This document shows, in pieces, positions 45,596-57,500 of a stretch of DNA of 64,000 nt. The position numbers and the translations under genes are program-made. The notes below the pieces were generated by a model, which made no database searches, was not told where the DNA came from, and worked only from the letters and a program-made list of their open reading frames with translations. Source of the stretch: Zootoca vivipara (Eukaryota); assembly GCF_963506605.1 (NCBI RefSeq), contig NC_083276.1:11594001-11658000 (forward strand). The letters run 5' to 3'. Within the stretch, counting starts at the first letter, position 1, and the number at the start of each line of letters is the position of its first letter.

Positions 45596-48500
45596 ACTTC
45601 TCAAAGTCTGTTGTTGCTTGCAGGTGAGAAACTTCAGTTTCCATTTTGGGTAAGGGGACCCCAGTCTCTGGCAATTTTCCTTCTGGAATTGAAATTCCAA
45701 ACTTTGGCATTTGGAGTTTTAGAATTCTAATCGTCCCCTCCGTAACATCAGTTTCCATACTTCCACCATCCACATTGATTTCACCTTCAGATCCTATTTC
45801 TGCACCCTTCAGTTCAACTGAACTATCTATGGTGGCCTCCTTAATATCAACTTTAATATCGGTATCTACTTCGGGAGCTTTGATTTCCACTTTTGATGTG
45901 CCCTTTGGCATTTTTATGCGTATTTCAGTTTCTTCTTCTTTCTGTGTGGTAAAACTGCTCTCTATATCAGGTATGTGTACCAAAGCCCCATCTCTTTCCT
46001 CAGTAATATCTGCCCCCACTTTTGGCAGGCTAACCTGCGATTTTGGTAGCTTTGGCCTGTGAAGGGAGATTTTGGGCATATTAAAATGAGGCCTTTTCAT
46101 CTGACCTTTTTGGGTAGATATTTCAGCATCTAGCTCCACGTGGACTTCTTGATCTTCTGACAGAACTGCTGTTAGTTCTGCATCTGTATCATCTGATAAG
46201 ATAGTCAGTTTAGGCTCTTCCAGATGTTCTTTTGCAGTAGTTTTAAGACTTGCCTCCTTTTTAGGTGACCAATTAAATGATGGCAATTTGAATTTTGGCA
46301 TTTTGAAATGCCCTTCTTTTTCTTCTGCATCTATAGTTCCAGCCTTTATATCTCCCTCAAATTTAGCATCTTTAGCTGCAGCAACTACATCCTGAGCCTC
46401 TGTCTCTGGCTGTGCCACAGAAAGACCCACTGATGGTAATTTTATGTCTGTTGCTGGAATCTTCATGTCAGCTCTAGGAATTTGGGGCATTTTAATTTTC
46501 CCTTCAGGACCGGTTTTTCCTGAACCAGCTACGTCACCTTCACCTTCAAGTGTTGGAGCCTCTACTGCAATATCCGCAATATCTGCAGTCGTTTTCAGCT
46601 GAGGAACTTTTGCACCTTCAGATGGCAAACTAATCTCGGCGTCTGGAGTTTTTCCTTTAGAAAATGAGATTCCAAACTTAGGCCTTTGGAATTTAGGCCT
46701 TTTCATCTTCCCATCCATGCCTTCGGTTTTTATGTCTGTTCCATCTACATAGATATCAGTGGACGGTCCTTCAATTCCTACTTCTAGGCCTTTCACCACA
46801 GGGACTTTAATCTCTGCCATTGTTTTACTAATATCACCAACATCAAGTGATTTTAATTCTGGTTCTGAAAGACTGGCATCAGGTATAGGAAGTTTGACAT
46901 CACTTTCAGGTAAGCTGATATCCATGTCCATTCTTGGACCTTTAAGTTCTGGTTTGGAAAGTTCTAGGCTTGGAAGTTTAACTTTGGGCATTTTAATGCC
47001 TTTTCTGGGATCACCAGCACTGATATCTGTATCTGGCATTTGTAGTGACATCTCTCCGCCATCCTCTATAGTAGATACTGTCATATCAGTATTCAGCTGT
47101 GGTACAGATATTTCTGCTTTATGACTTTTCATTTTTGGAAGGGATATCTTTGGCATGCTAAAATGATGCCTTCTGATTTTGATTTTCTCACTGTCTTTAT
47201 CAAAAGACATATGTCCCTCTAGTTCTTCAATGGGGATTTCACCTTCCTCTATAGTGAGTGTTAATTCAGATTCAATTTCACTTCCTGGAACTGTAACTGA
47301 GGGATCTTCTAAATTTGCATGAATGTCAGTAGAAACACTTGCTTCTTTCTTTGGAGACCAGCTAAAAGATGGAAGCTTGAATTTTGGCATTTTGAATTTG
47401 CTTTCTTTTTCTACAATTTCTTTTTCATAGGTTTCACGTTTAATATTTTTGCTTTCTGAATCTGGTCCTTGGGGGTCAGCATCTGATTTCAGAAGAGAAA
47501 TATCCACAGATGGACAGCTGATATCCTCGTCCGCAGCTTTCACTTTGGGAAGCGAAATTCCAAATTTGGGAGCTTGGAGTTTGGGCATCTTAAATTCACT
47601 TTCCAGGCCCCCCATCCTTGCCTCAGCACCATCCAGAGTAACCTTAGCAGAAGGTACCTCTATTTGTAGGTCTGCAGATCTCAGTTCCAAGGAAGGCTCC
47701 CCCTTTGGAATCTTCACGTCGGGGGCCAAAAGGCTGATGTCTTCTGAAATGTCACCTGCTTTGAGCTCTGGCTTGTTTACACTGACATCTGGAAGAGCAG
47801 TGTCAACCTTGGGTGCGCTGACATCCACATCGACTTTGGGACCTTTGATTTCTGGTTTGGAGAAACCCATGCTAGGCATCTTGAACTTTGGCATGTGTAA
47901 CTCCACACTAGGTGCCTCCATTTCAGCTCTGGGCAATTTCACGTCAGTCTCAAACCCCACAGAGGGCAAGGTCACTCCCCCTTTCAGTTCTGGTTTGGAA
48001 ATATCCACTTCCACAGAAGGTAAGGTGATTTCTCCCTCTGCAACTGCTTTCCCTTTGGGATGTGACATTCCAAACTTGGGCATATGGAATTTCGGCATTT
48101 TAAATTTAGTGTCAGTGCCCTCCAGCTTTGCTTCAACTTCACCTAGAGTGACATCTGCCGATGGTGCCTCAACCTTTAGGTCTGGAGCCTTCAATTCCAA
48201 GGAAGCCTCCCCCTTTGGAAACTTCACGTCGGGGGCTGAGAACTTCATGTCTGCTGAAATGTCACCTGCTTTGAGCTCAGGCTTGGTTACACTGACGTCC
48301 GGAAGACCAATGTCAACCTTGGGTGCGCTGACGTCCACATCAACTTTGGGACCTTTGATCTCTGGTTTGGAGAAACCCATGCTGGGCATCTTGAACTTTG
48401 GCATGTGTATTTTCATGCCGCCACTCTCGATGCTTCCTTCTGCTTCAGGCACCTTAACGGAGATCTGTGCCTCCGGAACTTCCACTTTTGCTTTGGGAAC

Positions 48501-51500
48501 AGAGATGTCTGCTTCAACCTTTGGCATCGAGACTCCCACTTGAGGAGTCTTCATTTTGGGAACCTTGACGCTTGGCATTTTGACATCAGGCATTTTGATT
48601 TTGCCCTTCTCAGCGACCTCCAGCTCTACACTAGGTGCCTTCATTTCAGCTCCGGGCAATTTCACATCAGTCTCAATGTCCACAGAGGGCAGGATCACTT
48701 CCCCTTTCAGTTCCGGATTGGAGATATCCACTTCCACAGAAGGTAAGGTCATTTCTCCTTCTGCAACTGCTTTCCCTTTGGGATGTGACATTCCAAACTT
48801 GGGCATATGGAATTTGGGCATCTTAAATTTTCTGTCCGTGCCCTCCAGCTTCGCTTCCACTCCACCTAGAGTGATATCCGCCGATGGTGCCTCAACCTTT
48901 AGGTCTGGAGCCTTCAGTTCCAAGGAAGCCTCCCCCTTTGGAGACTTCATGTCGGGAGCTGTGAACTTGATGTCTGCTGAAATGTCACCTGCTTTGAGCT
49001 CAGGCTTGGTTACACTGACGTCCGGAAGACCAATGTCAACCTTGGGTGCGCTGACGTCCACATCAACTTTGGGACCTTTGATATCTGGTTTGGAGAAACC
49101 CATGCTGGGCATCTTGAACTTTGGCATGTGTATTTTCATCCCGCCACCCTCGATGCTGCCTTCTGCATCAGGCACCTTAACGGAGATATCTGCCTCTGGA
49201 ATTTCCACTTTTGCTTTGGGAAGGGAGATGTCTGCCTCAACCTTTGGCATCGAGACTCCCGCTTGAGGAGTCTCCAGCTTGGGTACCTTGACACTTGGCA
49301 TTTTGACATCAGGCATTTGGATTTTGCCCTGCTCAGCGACCTCGAACTCCACACTAGGTGCCTTCATTTCAGCTCCGGTCATTTTCACATCAGTCTCGAT
49401 GCGAACAGAGCGCAAGGTCACTCCCCCTTTCAGTTCTGGTTTGGAAATATCCACTTCCACAGAAGGTAAGGTGATTTCTCCCTCTGCAACTGCTTTCCCT
49501 TTGGGAAGTGACATTCCAAACTTGGGCATTTGGAATTTTGGCATCTTAAATTTACTGTCCATGCCCTCCAGCTTAGCTTCAACTTCACCTAGAGCGACAT
49601 CTGCCGATGGTGCCTCAACCTTTAGGTCTGGAGCCTTCAGTTCCAAGGAAGCCTCCCCCTTTGGAAACTTCACGTCGGGGGATGAGATACTCATGTCTGC
49701 TGAAATGTCACCGGCTTTGAGCTCAGGCTTGGTTACACTGACATCTGGAAGAGCAATGTCAACTTGGGGTGCGCTGATGTCTGCATCAACTTTGGGACCT
49801 TTGATTTCTGGTTTGGAGAAACCCATGCTGGGCATCTTGAACTTTGGCATGTGTATTTTCATCCCGCCACCCTTAATGCTACTTTCTGCATGGGGCACAT
49901 TGAAAGAGGCGGAAGCCTCTGGAATCTCCATTGTTGCTGTGGGAAGAGAGATGTCTGCTTCGACTTTTGGCAGTGAGACTCCCAGTTGAGGAGTCTTCAT
50001 TTTGGAGACCTTGACGCTTGGCATCCTGACATCAGGCACTTTGATTTTTCCTTTTTCAGAGACCTCCAATTCTGCACTAGATGCCCATATTTCAGCTCCT
50101 TGCAATTTCTTATCAGTCTCGATGCTCACAGAGGGCAGAGTGACTTCGGCTTTGTGTTCTGGTTTGGAGACATCCACTCCCACAGAAGGTAGGGTGCCCA
50201 CTCCATCTTCACTGGCTTTACCTTTGGGAAATGAAATTCCAAACTTGGGCATTTGGAATTTAGGCTTTTTATATTTAAGGTCCATGCCTTCCACCTTTGT
50301 CTCAACACCTCCCAAATCAACATCGACTAGTGGTGCCTCAACCTTTACATCTGGTGCCTTCAGTTCCAAGGAAGCCTCTCCGGTTGGAATTTTCACATTG
50401 ATTGCTGAAAGGCTGATGTCTTCTGAAATGTCACCTGCTTTGAGCTCAGGCTTGGTTACACTGACATCCGGAAGACCAATGTCAACCTTGGGTGCGCTGA
50501 CATCCACATCGACTTTGGGACCTTTGATTTCTGGTTTGGGGAAACCCATGCTGGGCATCTTGAACTTTGGCATGTGTATTTTCATCCTGCCACCCTCGAT
50601 GCTGCCTTCTGCATCAGGCACCTTAACGGAGACCTCTGCCTCTGGAATTTCCACTGTTGCTTTGGGAACAGAGATGTCTGCCTCAACCTTTGGCATTGAG
50701 ACTCCCACCTGAGGAGTCTTCATCTTAGGGACCCTGACACTTGGCATTTTGACATCAGGCATTTTGATTTTGCCATTCTCAGCGACCTCCAACTCCACAC
50801 TAGGTGCCTTGATTTCAACTCCGGGCAATTTCACATCAGTCTCGCTGTCCACAGGGGACAGGATCACTTCCCCTTTCACTTCTGGTTTGGAAATATCCAC
50901 TTCCACAGAAGGTAAGGTGATTTCTCCCCCTGCAGTAGCTTTTCCCTTGGGATGTGACATTCCAAACTTGGGCATATGGAATTTGGGCATCTTAAATTTA
51001 CTGTCGGTGCGTTCCAGTTTAGCTTGAACTCCACCTACAGCAATATCAGTCGATGGTGCCTCAACTTTTAGGTCTGGAGCCTTCAGTTCCAAGGAAGCCT
51101 CCCCCTTTGGAAACTTCACATCGGGACCTGCGAACTTTATGTCTGCTGACATGTCACCTGCTTTGAGCTCAGGCTTGGTTACACTGACATCTGGAAGAGC
51201 AATGTCAACCTTGGGTGCACTGACATCCACATCGACTTTGGGACCTTTGATCTCTGGTTTGGAGAAACCCATGCTGGGCATCTTGAACTTTGGCATGTGT
51301 ATTTTCATCCCGCCACCCTCGATGCTGCCTTCTGCATCAGGCACCTTAACGGAGACCTCTGCCTCTGGAATTTCCACTGTTGCTTTGGGAACAGAGATGT
51401 CTGCTTCAACCTTTGGCAGCGAGACTCCCACTTGAGGAGTTTTCAGCTTTGGGACCTTGACACTTGGCATTTTGACATCAGGCATTTTGATTTTGCCCTT

Positions 51501-54500
51501 CTCAGCGACCTCCAACTCCACACTAGGTGCCTTCATTTCAGCTCCGGTCATTTTCACATCAGTCTCGATGCCAACAGAGGGCAGGATCACTTCCCCTTTC
51601 AGTTCTGGTTTGGAAATATCCACTTCCACAGAAGGTAAGGTGATTTCTCCTTCTGCAACTGCTTTCCCTTTGGGAACTGACATTCCAAACTTGGGCATTT
51701 GGAATTTTGGCATCTTAAATTTACTGTCTGTGCCCTCCAGCTTTGCTTCAACTTCACCTAGAGCGACATCTGCTGATAGTGCCTCAACCTTTAGGTCTGG
51801 AGCCTTCAGTTCCAAGGAAGCCTCCCCCTTTGGAAACTTCACGTCAGGGGCTGAGATCTTAATGTCTGCTGAAATGTCACCTGCTTTGAGCTCAGGCTTG
51901 GTTACACTGACGTCCGGAAGACCAATGTCAACCTTGGGTGCGCTGACGTCCACATCAACTTTGGGACCTTTGATCTCTGGTTTAGAGAAACCCATGCTGG
52001 GCATTTTGAACTTTGGCATGCGTATTTTCATCCCGCCACCCTCGATGCTGCCTTCTGCATCAGGCACCTTAACGGAGATCTCTGCCTCCGGAACTTCCAC
52101 TTTTGCTTTGGGAACAGAGATGTCTGCCTCAACCTTTGGCAGCGAGACTCCCATCTGAGGAGTCTTCAACTTGGGGACCTTGACGCTTGGCATTTTCACA
52201 TCAGGCATTTTGATTTTGCCCTTCTCAGCGACCTCCAACTCTACACCAGGTGCCTTCATTTCAGCTCCGCTCAATTTCACATGAGTCTCGATGCCAACAG
52301 AGGGTAGCATCACTTCCCCTTTCAGTTCAGGTTTGGAGATATCCACTTCCACAGAAGGTAAGGTGATTTCTCCCCCTGCATCGAGTTTCTCCTTGGGAAG
52401 TGATATTCCAAACTTGGGCATTTGGAGTTTTGGCATCTTAAATTTACTGTCAGTGCCATCCAGCTTCACTTCAACTCCACCTAGAGTGACATCCGCCGAT
52501 GGTGCCTCAACCTTTAGGTCTGGAGCCTTCAGTTCCAAGGAAGCCTCCCCCTTTGGAAACTTCACGTCAGGGGCTGAGATCTTAATGTCTGCTGAAATGT
52601 CACCTGCTTTGAGCTCAGGCTTGGTTACACTGACGTCCGGAAGACCAATGTCAACCTTGGGTGCGCTGACGTCCACATCAACTTTGGGACCTTTGATTTC
52701 TGGTTTGGAGAAACCCATGCTGGGCATCTTGAACTTTGGCATGTGTATTTTCATCCTGCCACCCTCTATGCTGCCTTCTGCATCAGGCACCTTAACGGAG
52801 ACCTCTGCCTCTGGAATTTCCACTGTTGCTTTGGGAACAGAGATGTCTGCCTCAACCTTTGGCATTGAGACTCCCACCTGAGGAGTTTTCAGCTTTGGGA
52901 CCTTGACACTTGGCATTTTGACATCAGGCATTTTGATTTTGCCCTCCTCAGCGACCTCCAACTCCACACTAGGTGCCTTGATTTCAACTCCGGGCAATTT
53001 CACATCAGTCTCGCTGTCCACAGGGGGCAGGATCACTTCCCCTTTCACTTCTGGTTTGGAAATATCCACTTCCACAGAAGGTAAGGTGATTTCTCCCCCT
53101 GCAGTAGCTTTTCCCTTGGGATGTGACATTCCAAACTTGGGCATATGGAATTTGGGCATCTTAAATTTACTGTCGGTGCGTTCCAGCTTAGCTTGAACTC
53201 CACCTACAGCAATATCAGTCGATGGTGCCTCAACTTTTAGGTCTGGAGCCTTCAATTCCAAGGAAGCCTCCCCCTTTGGAAACTTCACGTCGGGGGCTGA
53301 GATCTTAATGTCTGCTGAAATGTCACCTGCTTTGAGCTCAGGCTTGGTTACACTGACGTCCGGAAGACCAATGTCAACCTTGGGTGCGCTGACGTCCACA
53401 TCAACTTTGGGACCTTTGATTTCTGGTTTGGAGAAACCCATGCTAGGCATCTTGAACTTTGGCATGTGTAACTCCACACTAGGTGCCTCCATTTCAGCTC
53501 TGGGCAATTTCACGTCAGTCTCAAACCCCACAGAGGGCAAGGTCACTTCCCCTTTTAGTTCAGGTTTGGAGATATCCACTTTCACAGAAGGTAAGGTGAT
53601 TTCTCCTTCTGCAACTGCTTTCCCTTTAGGAACTGACATTCCAATCTTGGGCATATGAAATTTGGGCATCTTAAATTTACTGTCTGTGACGTCCAGCTTA
53701 GCTTCAACTTCACATAGAGCGACATCTGCTGATGGTGCCTCAACCTTTAGGTCTGGAGCCTTCAGTTCCAAGGAAGCCTCCCCCTTTGGAAACTTCATGT
53801 CGGGAGCTGTGAACTTGATGTCTGCTGATATGTCACCTGCTTTGAGCTCAGGCTTGGTTACACTGACGTCCGGAAGACCAATGTCAACCTTGGGTGCGCT
53901 GACGTCCACATCGACTTTGGGACCTTTGATCTCTGGTTTGGAGAAACCCATGCTGGGCATCTTGAACTTTGGCATGTGTATTTTCATCCCGCCACCCTCG
54001 ATGCTTCCTTCTGCATCAGGCACCTTAACGGAGACCTCTGCCTCCGGAACTTCCACTTTTGCTTTGGGAACAGAGATGTCTGCCTCAACCTTTGGCAGCG
54101 AGACTCCCACTTGAGGAGTCTTCATTTTGGGAACCTTGACGCTTGGCATTTTCACATCAGACATTTTGATTTTGCCCTTCTCAGTGACCTCCAACTCCAC
54201 ACTAGGTGCCTTCATTTCAGCTCTGGGCAATTTCACGTCAGTCTCCATGTCCACAGAGGGCAGGATCACTTCCCCTTTCAGTTCTGGTTTGGAGATATCC
54301 ACTTCCACAGAAGGTAAGGTCATTTCTCCTTCTGCAACTGCTTTCCCTTTGGGTAGTGACACTCCAAACTTGGGCATTTGGAGTTTTGGCATCTTAAATT
54401 TACTGTCAGTGCCGTCCAGCTTTGCTTCAATGCCACCTAGAGTGACATCTGCCGATGGTGCCTCAAGCTTTAGGTCTGGAGCCCTCAGTTCCAAGGAAGC

Positions 54501-57500
54501 CTCCCCCTTTGGAAGCTTCACGTCGGGGGCTGAGATCTTAATGTCTGCTGAAATGTCACCTGCTTTGAGCTCAGGCTTGGTTACACTGACGTCCGGAAGA
54601 CCAATGTCAACCTTGGGTGCGCTGACGTCCACATCAACTTTGGGACCTTTGATCTCTGGTTTGGAGAAACCCATGCTGGGCATCTTGAACTTTGGCATGT
54701 GTATTTTCATCCCGCCACCCTCGATGCTGCCTTCTGCATCAGGCACCTTAACGGAGACCTCTGCCTCTGGAATTTCCACTGTTGCTTTGGGAACAGAGAT
54801 GTCTGCCTCAACCTTTGGCAGCGAGACTCCCACTTGAGGAGTCTTCATTTTGGGAACCTTGACACTTGGCATTTTGACATCAGGCATTTTGATTTTGCCC
54901 TTCTCAGTGACCTCCAACTCCATACTAGGTGCCTTCATTTCAGCTCCGCTCAATTTCACATCAGTCTCGATCCCAACAGAGGGCAGGATCACTTCCCCTT
55001 TCAGTTCAGGTTTGGAAAGATCTACTTCCACAGAAGGTAAGGTCATTTCTCCTTCTGCAACTGCTTTCTCCTTCGGAAGTGACACTCCAAACTTGGGCAT
55101 TTGGAATTTTGGCATCTTAAATTTACTGTCAGTGCCGTCCAGCTTCGCTTCAACGCCACCTAGATTGACATCTGCCGATGGTGCCTCAAGCTTTAGGTCT
55201 GGAGCCTTCAGTTCCAAGGAAGCCTCCCCCTTTGGAGACTTCATGTCGGGGGCTGAGATCTTAATGTCTGCTGAAATGTCACCTGCTTTGAGCTCAGGCT
55301 TGGTTACACTGACATCAGGAAGAGCAATGTCAACCTTGGGTGCGCTGACGTCCACATCAACTTTGGGACCTTTGATCTCTGGTTTAGAGAAACCCATGCT
55401 GGGCATTTTGAACTTTGGCATGTGTATTTTCATCCCGCCACCCTCGATGCTGCCTTCTGCATCAGGCACCTTAACGGAGACCTCTGCCTCCGGAACTTCC
55501 ACTTTTGCTTTGGGAACAGAGATGTCTGCCTCAACCTTTGGCAGCGAGACTCCCACCTGAGGAGTCTTCAGCTTGGGGACCTTGACGCTTGGCATTTTGA
55601 CATCAGGCATTTTGATTTTGCCCTTCTCAGCGACCTCCAACTCCACACTAGGTGCCTTCATTTCAGCTCTGGGCAATTTCACGTCAGTCTCGATGTCCAC
55701 AGAGGGCAGGATCACTTCCCCTTTCAGTTCTGGTTTGGAAATATCCACTTCCACAGAAGGTAAGGTGATTTCTCCCTCTGCAGCGAGTTTCTCCTTAGGA
55801 AGTGACACTCCAAATTTGGGCATTTGGAATTGTGGCATCTTAAATTTACTGTCAGTGCCGTGCAGCTTAGCTTCAACTTCACCTAGAGCGACATCTGCTG
55901 ATGGTGCCTCAACCTTCAGGTCTGGAGCCTTCAGTTCCAAGGAAGCCTCCCCCTTTGGAAACTTCACGTCGGGGGCTGAGATCTTAATGTCTGCTGAAAT
56001 GTCACCTGCTTTGAGCTCAGGCTTGGTTACACTGACATCAGGAAGAGCAATGTCAACCTTGGGTGCGCTGACGTCCACATCAACTTTGGGACCTTTGATC
56101 TCTGGTTTAGAGAAACCCATGCTGGGCATTTTGAACTTTGGCATGTGTATTTTCATCCCGCCACCCTCGATGCTGCCTTCTGCATCAGGCACCTTAACGG
56201 AGACCTCTGCCTCCGGAACTTCCACTTTTGCTTTGGGAACAGAGATGTCTGCCTCAACCTTTGGCAGCGAGACTCCCACCTGAGGAGTCTTCAGCTTGGG
56301 GACCTTGACGCTTGGCATTTTGACATCAGGCATTTTGATTTTGCCCTTCTCAGCGACCTCCAACTCCACACTAGGTGCCTTCATTTCAGCTCTGGGCAAT
56401 TTCACGTCAGTCTCGATGTCCACAGAGGGCAGGATCACTTCCCCTTTCAGTTCTGGTTTGGAAATATCCACTTCCACAGAAGGTAAGGTGATTTCTCCCT
56501 CTGCAGCGAGTTTCTCCTTAGGAAGTGACACTCCAAATTTGGGCATTTGGAATTGTGGCATCTTAAATTTACTGTCAGTGCCGTGCAGCTTAGCTTCAAC
56601 TTCACCTAGAGCGACATCTGCTGATGGTGCCTCAACCTTCAGGTCTGGAGCCTTCAGTTCCAAGGAAGCCTCCCCCTTTGGAAACTTCACGTCGGGGGCT
56701 GAGATCTTAATGTCTGCTGAAATGTCACCTGCTTTGATCTCAGGTTTGGTTACACTGACATCAGGAAGAGCAATGTCAACTTGGGGTGCGCTGATGTCCG
56801 CATCAACTTTGGGACCTTTGATCTCTGGTTTGGAGAAACCCATGCTGGGCATCTTGAACTTTGGCATGTGTATTTTCATCCCGCCACCCTCGATGCTTCC
56901 TTCTGCATCAGGCACCTTAACGGAGACCTCTGCCTCCGGAACTTCCACTTTTGCTTTGGGAACAGAGATGTCTGCCTCAACCTTTGGCAGCGAGACTCCC
57001 ACCTGAGGAGTCTTCAGCTTGGGGACCTTGACGCTTGGCATTTTGACATCAGGCATTTTGATGTTGCCCTTCTCAGCGACCTCCAACTCCACACTAGGTG
57101 CCTTCATTTCAGCTCCGGTTAATTTCACATCTGTCTCGATGTCCACAGAGGGTAGGATCATTTCCCCTTTCAGTTCTGGTTCGGAGATATCCACTTCCAA
57201 AGAAGGTAAGGTGATTTCTCCTTCTGCAACTGCTTTCCCTTTGGGAAGTGACACTCCAAACTTGGGCATTTGGAGTTTTGGCATCTTAAATTTACTGTCA
57301 GTGCCGTCCAGTTTTGCTTCAATGCCACCTAGAGCATCATCTGCCGATGGTGCTTCAAGCTTTAGGTCTGGAGCCTTCAGTTCCAAGAAAGCCTCCCCCT
57401 TTGGAAACTTCACGTCGGGGGCTGAGATCTTATTGTCTGCTGAAATGTCACCTGCTTTGAGCTCAGGCTTGGTTACACTGACGTCCGGAAGACCAATGTC

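Noticed and set aside
45596-45700. First 35 aa of the 957-aa ORF as an independent gene start
   Set aside because: Non-ATG start; this stretch is AHNAK-like only in the other frame.
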